IMG/VR virus record: IMGVR_UViG_3300043690_000019
Location: 1-28,990 of that record
DNA from: a virus
Lineage: Duplodnaviria > Caudoviricetes
Length of the DNA: 28,990 nt
Strand: one strand, 5' to 3'
The notes under the pieces are model-generated. The model saw only the letters and a program-made list of their open reading frames with translations. It had not been told where the DNA came from and did not search any database. Of the stretch, positions 10,454-18,780 are shown in pieces; positions within the stretch are counted from its first letter, which is position 1; each line of letters begins with the position of its first letter. The translations under genes and the position numbers were made by a program.

Positions 10454-10454
10454 A

Positions 10455-11366
10455 ATGGCAACGTTAGCTCTCGCTGGTATCGGGGCTCTAGGGTCACTCT
10501 TCGGCGGACTCTTCGGCGGAAGCGCCGCATCGAAAGCGGAACAGCAATATTTACAGGCTTTGCAGCAAGCCCAAGGCAGTCTGAAGGAAGACGAAGCGAA
10601 AGGGCTTCAAGGTTACAACCCTTACCAGATCGGCGGCTATGGCGCACAGACAACCCTTTCCAGCCTATTAGGAACGCCGGGGCAAGGGCTTCTGACGCCA
10701 TGGACTCAGCAATTCACGGCGCCGACCGAAGCCGAAGCGGAACAGACTCCCAGCTATCAGTTCCAACTCCATACCGGCGAAGACGCCATGCAAAACTCCG
10801 CCGCGGGGCGGGGAAGCTTATTGACCGGCCGGACCTTAGCGGACCTGAACAACTTCGCGCAGGGAACAGCGTCGACCAATTATCAGAACGTATTCAATAA
10901 CGCCCTGACCCAGTACAACTCCGCCTATCAATCCTTCCTGAACAACCAAAACGATACCTATGCCCGATTAATGGGGCAGGCGGGGATGGGACTGGGAGCG
11001 ACGGAGAACGCGAACAGCTTCAGGGCGAATATGGGCGGGGATATCGCTTCACTCTATGGGCAGATGGGCGCCGCCAGAGCTCAAGGCACCATGGCGCAAG
11101 CGAATGCCTACTCTTCCATTCTCCCCGGGATTACGAATGCCATCGGAAGCGGTCTGACCTTAGGGTCTCTCTTGGGGAATGGCGGCGGAGGTTCCCAGAC
11201 AAGCACCTTTGACCCCTACGCATGGATTGGGACGCCGTCCTACATGCCCAGCACGCCCAATTACGGAACGCCCAGCTTCCCGGGCTTCGATCCGAATGGC
11301 AATGGGACGCTCCCAATCTCCGCCCTGATGGGAAATTACAGAACGGCCACCATGCCGCAGGTCTAA
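10455..11366 (+). CDS. DNA ejection/transfer protein, P22 gp7-like
   Basis: Gly/Ala-rich hydrophobic N-terminus; PSYQFQL..GEDAMQNSAAGRGSLLTGRTLADL motif. Confidence 0.8.
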   Translation: MATLALAGIGALGSLFGGLFGGSAASKAEQQYLQALQQAQGSLKEDEAKGLQGYNPYQIGGYGAQTTLSSLLGTPGQGLLTPWTQQFTAPTEAEAEQTPSYQFQLHTGEDAMQNSAAGRGSLLTGRTLADLNNFAQGTASTNYQNVFNNALTQYNSAYQSFLNNQNDTYARLMGQAGMGLGATENANSFRANMGGDIASLYGQMGAARAQGTMAQANAYSSILPGITNAIGSGLTLGSLLGNGGGGSQTSTFDPYAWIGTPSYMPSTPNYGTPSFPGFDPNGNGTLPISALMGNYRTATMPQV

Positions 11367-11370
11367 TAAA

Positions 11371-12909
11371 ATGCCCTTTCAGCTTCCAGCGCTCCCGAAT
11401 TTTAATCCCGAAATCCCGCAGATGCCCTCTGCCTTGGACACCTACGGGAAACAACTGCAATTGAAGAATCTGATGGGTCAGCAACAACTGATTCCCCTGC
11501 AGCTTCAGGAAGCACAGGAAAAGGTGAAACAGGCGCAGACCGCGACCGAAATGCAGAATTTAGAGATGCAGTCGCAAAAAGCCATGGTCGGCGCGTGGTC
11601 AGACCCGAAATTTTTGGAGAACTTCACCGGGACGGACAAGGCAAAGACAAGCGGCTTCGGCTTCGATCCGGACGCCCTGACGTCTGCGCTGATTTCGAAA
11701 GGCGTCTTACCTAAAGACGCGATGCAGATGACGCAGTCTTTCATCGAACGGTCGCAGAAGATCGCCGCCACACAGAAAGACATCGCCCAAACCGGCGAAG
11801 CGAATGCCTCTATTCGGGAAAAGGGAATGAAGGTTCTGGCAGACAAAATCGCCGGAGTGTTAGACCTGCCAGCCGGGAAAGCTCCGGAAGCCTTGGCGAA
11901 CCTGAAGCAGGATCTTGTGAAGAATCCGAATGCCTACGCGGGAGTGCCGCAGGAAGACATTGCCCACGTCTACGGGGCGGACTTAGAACATCTCCCGGCC
12001 ATGGCAACACTGATCGGACTGGATTCGAAGATTGCCGACTTCCACAAAGCGAAAGCAGAAGCGGAGAACGCAACCCCGGAAGGCGCGGCGAAAAAAGCAG
12101 GGGCGGAAGCGCAAGCCAAGTTAGACGTCGAAAGCAGTCCGGAAGCACTAGCACTTGCCAGCAAAAAGGCAAATATGGAAGCCACTGCACGCCAGCAAGC
12201 CGCGCAAGGCGACCCGAACGTAGCCGGGAAGATGCTTGCCGACGGATCTTTGACTTTGGCCGACTTGAAGACGCGCGGCACGACTCCGCAATTCATCGAA
12301 AAGGCGGTATTAGCCGCACAGAAAATCACCCCAGCTTACAATCCAGCAGACGAAATCATCGCAGAGAGCGTCGCGAAATCCCCTGCGGCTAATCAGTTCT
12401 TCGGCTCCGCAAATTCTCTGATTGGCAAAGGCGGAACGCTTGACCAACTGGAAAAGCTTGGAAAGACGATTCCGCAGCACGACTTCCCGGTTTTGAATTC
12501 GGTTGACGACTGGCAGAAGCTTGCGCGCGGCAAAGGTCCGTTAGCCGGATATGCGGCGACGGCGCTCGGAGTCGCTGACGATTACGGAAAAGTCATGGGC
12601 GGCGGGAATGCCTCCGACCACGCGCGAGACGCGGCTTTAACGCTATTCGGGGCAGCTTCCAGCCCAGAACAAAGAGCCGATGCAATTAAAGCAACCCGCG
12701 ACGCGGTTCAATCCCAAAGAGATTCCCGCATCGGAAACAATCAATTCCTCAAGCGGCAATATGGCACCGAAGTTTCAAAAGGCGCTCCAAAAGAACTGCC
12801 GAAATCGCTTACCGCGGAGCAGATCAGCGCTTATGCCGCGGGGCATAACGTCACCGAAGCCGAAGTAAAACGACAGGCAAAGGCGCAGGGGATCTCCGTT
12901 CCTGACTAA
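11371..12909 (+). CDS. DNA ejection protein (gp20 position)
   Basis: Gln/Ala/Lys-rich helical 512 aa, Cys-free, follows gp7-like gene. Confidence 0.65.
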   Translation: MPFQLPALPNFNPEIPQMPSALDTYGKQLQLKNLMGQQQLIPLQLQEAQEKVKQAQTATEMQNLEMQSQKAMVGAWSDPKFLENFTGTDKAKTSGFGFDPDALTSALISKGVLPKDAMQMTQSFIERSQKIAATQKDIAQTGEANASIREKGMKVLADKIAGVLDLPAGKAPEALANLKQDLVKNPNAYAGVPQEDIAHVYGADLEHLPAMATLIGLDSKIADFHKAKAEAENATPEGAAKKAGAEAQAKLDVESSPEALALASKKANMEATARQQAAQGDPNVAGKMLADGSLTLADLKTRGTTPQFIEKAVLAAQKITPAYNPADEIIAESVAKSPAANQFFGSANSLIGKGGTLDQLEKLGKTIPQHDFPVLNSVDDWQKLARGKGPLAGYAATALGVADDYGKVMGGGNASDHARDAALTLFGAASSPEQRADAIKATRDAVQSQRDSRIGNNQFLKRQYGTEVSKGAPKELPKSLTAEQISAYAAGHNVTEAEVKRQAKAQGISVPD

Positions 12910-14204
12910 TGGGCGAACTACAAACAACTCAAATTGATTTCTCGCAACCGCCTCCGGCTGCGATTGATTTCAGTCTGCCTCCGCCAGCAGTTGAACCGCT
13001 GCGATTGAGCGACCCTAGAACCGTGCCGAACGCGCGGATTCGGAACATGACCGTAGACCCCACGAAGAATATTCACTCTACGGGGCAGGCGTTCTACGAA
13101 GGCGCAAAGATGGGCGCTCTGGGTGCATCAATTCCCGGCGTCGTTTATGCAACCGTGCCGGGATTGATCGGAGCAATTCTTGGCGGAACCGCAGGAGCCG
13201 CCGGAGGGAAGAAGCTGGCGGAGACTGTCGGCGCGGGAGATTTCGGACAGGAAATTGGTGAAGACTTAGGAAGCTTAGCCGGGGGAGCAGTCGGGGCGGG
13301 AGTTACTGACGCAGCAGTCAGCGCAGTTCGGCAAAGCCGTCTAGGAAATGCCCTGCAAAATGTTCTGGGGATCGCCAGTAAGGACATCGTCGCGCGGGTT
13401 CCGGTTCTGGGGCATTTAGTTCGACGCCCTTCGTTTCAGGATTATTTAGGCGCATTCCAGAAAGGCATGAAAGCGCCGGAGCCGGTTTATCCCGGGGCGC
13501 CATATCCGACGGCAACGCCGGAACAGTTAAACCCGTCCCTCATCAGCGAATCGCGAACGCTCCCGGGGATGAATTCTCCGGAGATTATCCGACCGCCAGC
13601 GCAGCCAATTCCAGCGCGGAGCGGTTTGATGCTCTCTGGGCAAGTGGAAGCGGCGCCAACTCCCGGCGCGGCCGGGAGCATGGTCGAATCCATCGCGCAG
13701 CCTTCTCCGCAGGTCACGCCATCCGGCGAAGGAATTCCGAGAACCCTTAGCGGAGAAAGCGCATTGACCCACGTTCTAGGCGGAAGAGAAAACTCGACGC
13801 TTATGAAGATTGCAAAGGCGCGCGGATTGAATGTCACGCAAGAATCACAACTGAAGGCAGGACCGGCAAACAAGCTTCTCATTGCGAAAATTGTCAGCAG
13901 TTTTTCGCCGGAAGAACTCGAAGAGGTACGGGCGCAGTATCTCGAAAACACCCGTTTCCGCCATGTCTTTCCGGATATCGGAGAAGAAGCTTGGGACACG
14001 ATGACACTGCAGACCTATTTCCCAGACGTGAAGATTCCCAAAACGCAACTGACAAGAACTAGTGCGGCGCTCCGCAGTGCGGGTCAAGCGAAGCCAGTCG
14101 TATCTCCTCCATCTCCTCTTCCGTCATCTCCTGATTTGGTGGACCCGCTTCAAACGATGCTGGATGCGGTGAAGTCGGGGAAGAAGCTGGCCGACCTGCA
14201 CTGA
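12909..14204 (+). CDS. DNA ejection protein (gp16 position)
   Basis: TAATG overlap with previous gene; Gly/Ala-rich membrane-active segment; Cys-free. Confidence 0.6.
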   Translation: MGELQTTQIDFSQPPPAAIDFSLPPPAVEPLRLSDPRTVPNARIRNMTVDPTKNIHSTGQAFYEGAKMGALGASIPGVVYATVPGLIGAILGGTAGAAGGKKLAETVGAGDFGQEIGEDLGSLAGGAVGAGVTDAAVSAVRQSRLGNALQNVLGIASKDIVARVPVLGHLVRRPSFQDYLGAFQKGMKAPEPVYPGAPYPTATPEQLNPSLISESRTLPGMNSPEIIRPPAQPIPARSGLMLSGQVEAAPTPGAAGSMVESIAQPSPQVTPSGEGIPRTLSGESALTHVLGGRENSTLMKIAKARGLNVTQESQLKAGPANKLLIAKIVSSFSPEELEEVRAQYLENTRFRHVFPDIGEEAWDTMTLQTYFPDVKIPKTQLTRTSAALRSAGQAKPVVSPPSPLPSSPDLVDPLQTMLDAVKSGKKLADLH

Positions 14205-14313
14205 TCCCTTTGCAGATCGCAGCAAAAGCGGTAAGGAATACCGGCAGAAAAACACAGAAAACAAGCCAAGCCAAAATCAGGCCGACGGCGAATTGAAAAC
14301 CGCTCCAAATCAT
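14059..14313 (-). CDS. Small antisense membrane protein, possible superinfection exclusion
   Basis: One long hydrophobic helix plus acidic tail; occupies the gap between ejection and tail genes; overlaps the upstream gene by 146 bp. Confidence 0.45.
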   Translation of the reverse strand: MIWSGFQFAVGLILAWLVFCVFLPVFLTAFAAICKGISAGRPASSPTSPHPASFEAGPPNQEMTEEEMEEIRLASLDPHCGAPH

Positions 14314-14386
14314 CGGTCAATTCTTCGCCTTCTCCAACCCTTTGAAAAGTAACACCCAAGCCAAGAGAACAAACGGCGACAATTAG

Positions 14387-15571
14387 ATGAAACCTGAAAA
14401 CTTCTTCAAAGAACTGGGCTTTCTGGCCCTCCGTCTCTGGGTCTTCGTTCTTCTCCTGATGGGCGCGGCTCACTGTCAGGTCTCGCCGTTCATGGGCATC
14501 GGGAATGCTCAGTTTCTCGATAACAACGGGAAGCCACTGACGTCGGGCGTTCTCTACTCCTACACCGCCGGGACGACTTCTCAGCTTGCCACGTTCACCG
14601 ATTACACGGGATTAATCGCAAATCCCAATCCCATCCCATTCGGCTCCGGCGCGCGCGTATCCATCTGGTTGACCACGGCGAATCTCTATAAGTTTGTTTT
14701 GTGCTCCCAGAATGACGGCGCAACCTGCGCTCCGGCCGATGTGCTTTTCTCTGTGGATCAGGTTCCCGGCGGATCTACAGGAAGCGGCGGAAGCTCCTCG
14801 GGGACGTTTACCGGTACGCTTGTCACCGGAAGTTCCGTACCGGCCACGGCTGGGATTGTCCGCGTCGCTTCGGGGGATTTCGCGCTCTGCTTCCGGAATG
14901 CGGCGAACTCCTCAAACCTCTGCATCACAAAAGACTCTTCCGACGTTCTAGCTTGGGCGACAAATTCCTTCAAGCTTCCAGAGGCAGCCTGCAGCGCATC
15001 GGGCGCAGCTTTTGATTATCTCTGCGCGGACTCGGCGACGCATCGGCTGGCGATGTTTAATAATGGCGGGTCGAAGCAGGTCATCGCAGCGCAGGGCGTC
15101 GACATCAATTCTTCAGATCAGGTTATTCAGTTACATTTCGGGGCTTCTGCTCTTCCTCTCGGGACCGCGCCCAGCGCGGGTCAATTTCTTCTCTGGAATG
15201 GAGCCAATATCACCGGAGCAAGCGGACCGGAAACCACTTTCACCGCCATGGCTCCATCGCTTTCTATCTGCGCCGCCGCCGTCGCCTGCCCTGTCTTTGT
15301 GCTTGTCAACGCCCATACCTTGATTAGAGTCGTTGCGAACGTTTATCAGGCGGGAACCGGCTGCGGTACGAACGCCAAGGCGGGGGTCGTCGACATTACC
15401 GGATCGTCGACCCTGAATCAGACGATCAATCTAACCGCAACGGGAATCTATGACTCCGGCGCAATTTCCGTCGCCATGACAGCCGGACATCAGTTCGGAC
15501 TAGGCACGACGGTTGTTCCGGTCGGCTGCGGACAGAATCCCGCGTTCACCATCACCGCTACCTATCAATAA
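14387..15571 (+). CDS. Tail fibre with virion-anchoring N-domain, preceded by a signal peptide
   Basis: LALRLWVFVLLLMGAAHC|Q, then QFLDNNGKPLTSGVLYSYTAGT...NPNPI anchoring motif; 10 Cys in the mature part. Confidence 0.8.
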   Translation: MKPENFFKELGFLALRLWVFVLLLMGAAHCQVSPFMGIGNAQFLDNNGKPLTSGVLYSYTAGTTSQLATFTDYTGLIANPNPIPFGSGARVSIWLTTANLYKFVLCSQNDGATCAPADVLFSVDQVPGGSTGSGGSSSGTFTGTLVTGSSVPATAGIVRVASGDFALCFRNAANSSNLCITKDSSDVLAWATNSFKLPEAACSASGAAFDYLCADSATHRLAMFNNGGSKQVIAAQGVDINSSDQVIQLHFGASALPLGTAPSAGQFLLWNGANITGASGPETTFTAMAPSLSICAAAVACPVFVLVNAHTLIRVVANVYQAGTGCGTNAKAGVVDITGSSTLNQTINLTATGIYDSGAISVAMTAGHQFGLGTTVVPVGCGQNPAFTITATYQ

Positions 15572-15583
15572 AAATTCATCCCC

Positions 15584-17527
15584 ATGAATAAATATCTTCT
15601 GGCTTTTCTGATTTTCTGCCCGTTCGCCTTGGGACAGGGCACATTTGTTTCCCCACAGATGGCCCTGAAAACCGTCAACGGCCTGACGCAACCCATGGCC
15701 GGGGCGACGATCACGGTCTGCCCCCCGAATAGCGCCGGAATTCCCTGCACTCCGGCAACGGTTTCGATTTACAGCGATTCCGCATTGGCGCAGCCATTAA
15801 GCAATCCCTTCACGGCAGATGCGAACGGGAATTTTATTTTTGCCCTGCCCGTGACGACTCCCATGGCGACCGTCACAGTCACAGGCGCAGGCTTTTCCGG
15901 ATATTCGTATCAGGTGATGCGCGGCGGATCGGTGACGCCGACTTATCCCGTCGAAGCCTTCGGAGCAGTCGGAGACTGGAATGGAAGCACGGGAACGGAC
16001 AACACGACAGCGATACAGCTTTGCCTGAACACGATTGCAAATGGTGTGTGTCTGCTTCAGGGAAAAGGTTACAAGATCAGCGGGGCGCTCACGATCAACC
16101 GCTCGGGAGTCGGCATTTCCGGAGCCGCTTCCTATTTTTTGGCGAATTCCTTCTGGTCGAATCCGACGAACCTTACACAACTGATTTCTACCAGCGCCTC
16201 GGCCGACATTATCGACATCGTTGGATCTGTGGCGCCCTCTACGCTCTATAACAATTCCGTGCGATACCTGGGATTGGCCCGCACCGTTGCGCCCAGCGGC
16301 ACGGCAAAAGGTCTGAGTGTCGTTAACACCTACGGGACTCAAGTAGACAGCGTCGTCTCTGTGGATTCCATCTATCCGTTTTATTTCAACGGAGTCGGTT
16401 CGAGCCAAACAGGATATATCGAGAACTGCGAGGCGGGTTGGGGTTTCGGGACTGTCACGGAAACCAGCGGAGCCATGATCGGATTCTTTTTAGACAGTTC
16501 GACGGTGCAAAATCCTTCGATACGAATTCGCAATTCCGGGACTTCCAGCAATCTTCCCCACTCCGGTTCTTATTCAATGGTTGGGCTCTCCGCCAACGGA
16601 GCCTCCACCAACGACCTTCATATTAACCATTTCGAGACTGCCTCTGTCGATACCGGAATCAACATCAACCAGACCAGCGGCGTTTTTTTTGGCAGTTCCG
16701 ACATTCATCTCGTGGATGTGATCAACGATGGCTGCCTTCAATACTGCATCAAGATCAACGGAGTCGGCGGGGCGGTACAAATTACCGGCGGCTGGGACAC
16801 CTGCAACGTAGGATGCGTGGACAATATTGATATTGAATCCTCGAGCAACGTGACCGCGGTCAACGTGGGGATGTACGCCTATACCGCAGTTCCGAATTTT
16901 CTGGCCCACAACTCCACCAACATCACTTTAGCGGACTCGAGCACTTACGGAATAAGCGCAACGCCGATTGTCTTCAATGGTGTCACGACGGGGCACATCT
17001 CGAATGTCACCGTGACTGGAGCGGCGGGGGCGACCGGAATCACCATGACCGGCTCTACTAGCATCCCCATCACCGGCACGATTTTAAGCAACGGCGGCGG
17101 CGGGATGACAGTCGGAATCTCGATTGATGCCGCCAGTCACGGAATCACTGGACTCGAGTCTGACCTCTGCACGACAGGCGTGACGACCTGCATCAGCGAT
17201 GCTGGAGGGAATTTTATCTCCATCCCTCTTCCGCCCAATGCTAGCGGAGCCGCTGCAGGGATCACGGGGACCGGAGCCTGTTCTACCCTTTCAACCCAGA
17301 CCGGCGCAGGTTGGAGCGGTTCGATCAAGTGCACCGGAGGCACAGCGGCCAGCACGATCGTTATTACTCCCGGAGGAACCGCGACCAACGGCTGGGCCTG
17401 CTCCGGCTCTGACTACACCGCTGGCACTGTGGCGGCTCAATCCGGCCTCAGTGCGACTACCTGCACATTGAAATTCGCCAGTGTAGCGACAAACGATTTC
17501 GTCAGCTTCACCCTGAACCGCTTCTGA
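15584..17527 (+). CDS. Tailspike (pectate-lyase-3-like beta-helix) with signal peptide
   Basis: MNKYLLAFLIFCPFALG|Q; SNPFTADANGNF anchoring motif; VEAFGAVGD...TDNTTAIQ beta-helix cap; 15 Cys in the mature part. Confidence 0.85.
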   Translation: MNKYLLAFLIFCPFALGQGTFVSPQMALKTVNGLTQPMAGATITVCPPNSAGIPCTPATVSIYSDSALAQPLSNPFTADANGNFIFALPVTTPMATVTVTGAGFSGYSYQVMRGGSVTPTYPVEAFGAVGDWNGSTGTDNTTAIQLCLNTIANGVCLLQGKGYKISGALTINRSGVGISGAASYFLANSFWSNPTNLTQLISTSASADIIDIVGSVAPSTLYNNSVRYLGLARTVAPSGTAKGLSVVNTYGTQVDSVVSVDSIYPFYFNGVGSSQTGYIENCEAGWGFGTVTETSGAMIGFFLDSSTVQNPSIRIRNSGTSSNLPHSGSYSMVGLSANGASTNDLHINHFETASVDTGININQTSGVFFGSSDIHLVDVINDGCLQYCIKINGVGGAVQITGGWDTCNVGCVDNIDIESSSNVTAVNVGMYAYTAVPNFLAHNSTNITLADSSTYGISATPIVFNGVTTGHISNVTVTGAAGATGITMTGSTSIPITGTILSNGGGGMTVGISIDAASHGITGLESDLCTTGVTTCISDAGGNFISIPLPPNASGAAAGITGTGACSTLSTQTGAGWSGSIKCTGGTAASTIVITPGGTATNGWACSGSDYTAGTVAAQSGLSATTCTLKFASVATNDFVSFTLNRF

Positions 17528-17528
17528 A

Positions 17529-17939
17529 GTGTGGACCTACAACCAATCGAACGGCTGGCTGGATAAGGACGGAATTCTTGTCTCCAAAACGTGCTATTCG
17601 GGCTTCGGTGAAGGACTGAATAACCCAGAGAAGCAAGCCGTTCTGAACGAAGGTCCGATTCCCTGCGGTTTGTGGACGATTTCAGGGCCTCCGTTTGACG
17701 GGATACACGGGCCTTACTGCCTCCGACTTTCCCCGCAGAAGGGCACGCAGACCTTCGGGCGCACGGGTTTTCTAGTGCATGGCGACGAAAGAGAACACCC
17801 CGGCGAACATCTAGCTTCGCACGGTTGCATCATCATGGATCGCGTCACGCGGGAAAGGGTCTACCAGTCCGGCGACGTGAATTTAGAAGTGGTTTCCGGA
17901 ATCGTTTACCCAGACGTGACGGGGGAAATTTCGGTCTAG
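17529..17939 (+). CDS. Tlde1/DUF2778 L,D-transpeptidase-fold protein, putative endolysin
   Basis: WTYNQSNG, YSG, NNP, GPIP.G.W, GRTGFLVHGD and ASHGCII (His/Cys catalytic motif); GTG start; next to holin. Confidence 0.85.
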   Translation: MWTYNQSNGWLDKDGILVSKTCYSGFGEGLNNPEKQAVLNEGPIPCGLWTISGPPFDGIHGPYCLRLSPQKGTQTFGRTGFLVHGDEREHPGEHLASHGCIIMDRVTRERVYQSGDVNLEVVSGIVYPDVTGEISV

Positions 17940-17947
17940 GGGGATTT

Positions 17948-18169
17948 ATGAGAAAGAATTGGCTTACTACCGTCGGCGGAATCATGGGCGGATGCCTTGG
18001 CGTTCCGCTGATTGTCGCGCAAGCTGGTTACCGTCTTCCCGGCTGGCTAGCTTTGACGTTTGTCTGCATCGGCGCGGTCGGCGGGGTTATCGTCGGAGTC
18101 GCCGCCAAGGGTCAAGATGAGCACTCCACGTCCGCAGAAGTCCAAGCCGCGGACATTGAAAAGAAGTAG
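17948..18169 (+). CDS. Putative class II holin
   Basis: MRKNWLTTVGG start, two transmembrane segments, charged C-terminal tail, 73 aa. Confidence 0.7.
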   Translation: MRKNWLTTVGGIMGGCLGVPLIVAQAGYRLPGWLALTFVCIGAVGGVIVGVAAKGQDEHSTSAEVQAADIEKK

Positions 18170-18209
18170 TCCCGCAATATCCCCAAACTCAAATCAGGAG
18201 AATTCAAGC

Positions 18210-18731
18210 ATGAAGAAGTTTTCTATTATCGCCTTAGTGTGCATTCTGACCGCGGCTGCGTTCGCGCAAGCCCCGCCGAATGCCTTCGAGACCACAACTT
18301 TTAGTTTTAACCTTACGCCGGTCTCTCTGCCGAATCTTGGCGCCAGCATATCCGGCGCAGAGACAGATGCCTTATTCCCGCTGACGGCCAACAACCGCTT
18401 CGGAGAGACTACCCTAATCGGAGAGTCGACATTCATCGGCGGACGCTATGACCGCGCCTTCCCGTCAGTCGCGAAGTATCTGCAGAATCACACGTCGCTG
18501 ACCGGCGGAAATTTCGAAGCGGGAGTTACTTCAAGCCTTGGAGTCGTGAAAGCCGCGGCGAAAACTAGCTGGGGCGGAAGGGCTGGCTTTTTCCTCAGAT
18601 ATGCCCCTGCAGGCTCTACCAGCTTCAATATCGGCTTTGAAGCGCAGGCAAACTATCTGCCCAATTATGCGGGACCAAATACACAGCATTGGAATCCCAG
18701 CATCGCCATCGGACCAAATTTTCGTTTCTGA
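18210..18731 (+). CDS. Exported protein, predicted small outer-membrane beta-barrel
   Basis: AGGAG RBS; MKKFSIIALVCILTAAAFA|Q; alternating amphipathic strands; ends IGPNFRF (terminal Phe). Confidence 0.7.
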   Translation: MKKFSIIALVCILTAAAFAQAPPNAFETTTFSFNLTPVSLPNLGASISGAETDALFPLTANNRFGETTLIGESTFIGGRYDRAFPSVAKYLQNHTSLTGGNFEAGVTSSLGVVKAAAKTSWGGRAGFFLRYAPAGSTSFNIGFEAQANYLPNYAGPNTQHWNPSIAIGPNFRF

Positions 18732-18751
18732 TTTTTGGGAAATGCCGACTC

Positions 18752-18780
18752 AGGGGCGGAGAGATCCGCCCCTATTTTTC
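18752..18780 (+). terminator. Intrinsic terminator of the late operon
   Basis: aggggcgga-gaga-tccgcccct 9-bp stem followed by attttt; at the convergence point of the two operons. Confidence 0.85.

Noticed and set aside
10455-10530. Signal peptide on the gp7-like protein
   Set aside because: No basic n-region; a Gly-rich hydrophobic N-terminus is usual for ejection proteins
14387-14480. Lipoprotein lipobox in the tail fibre (AAHC)
   Set aside because: Does not fit [LVI][ASTVI][GAS]C; SPI cleavage before Gln fits better, pending SignalP
17825-18209. Longer starts for the holin (17825) and outer-membrane protein (18060)
   Set aside because: They overlap upstream genes; downstream ATGs have RBS-like sequences and give sensible N-termini
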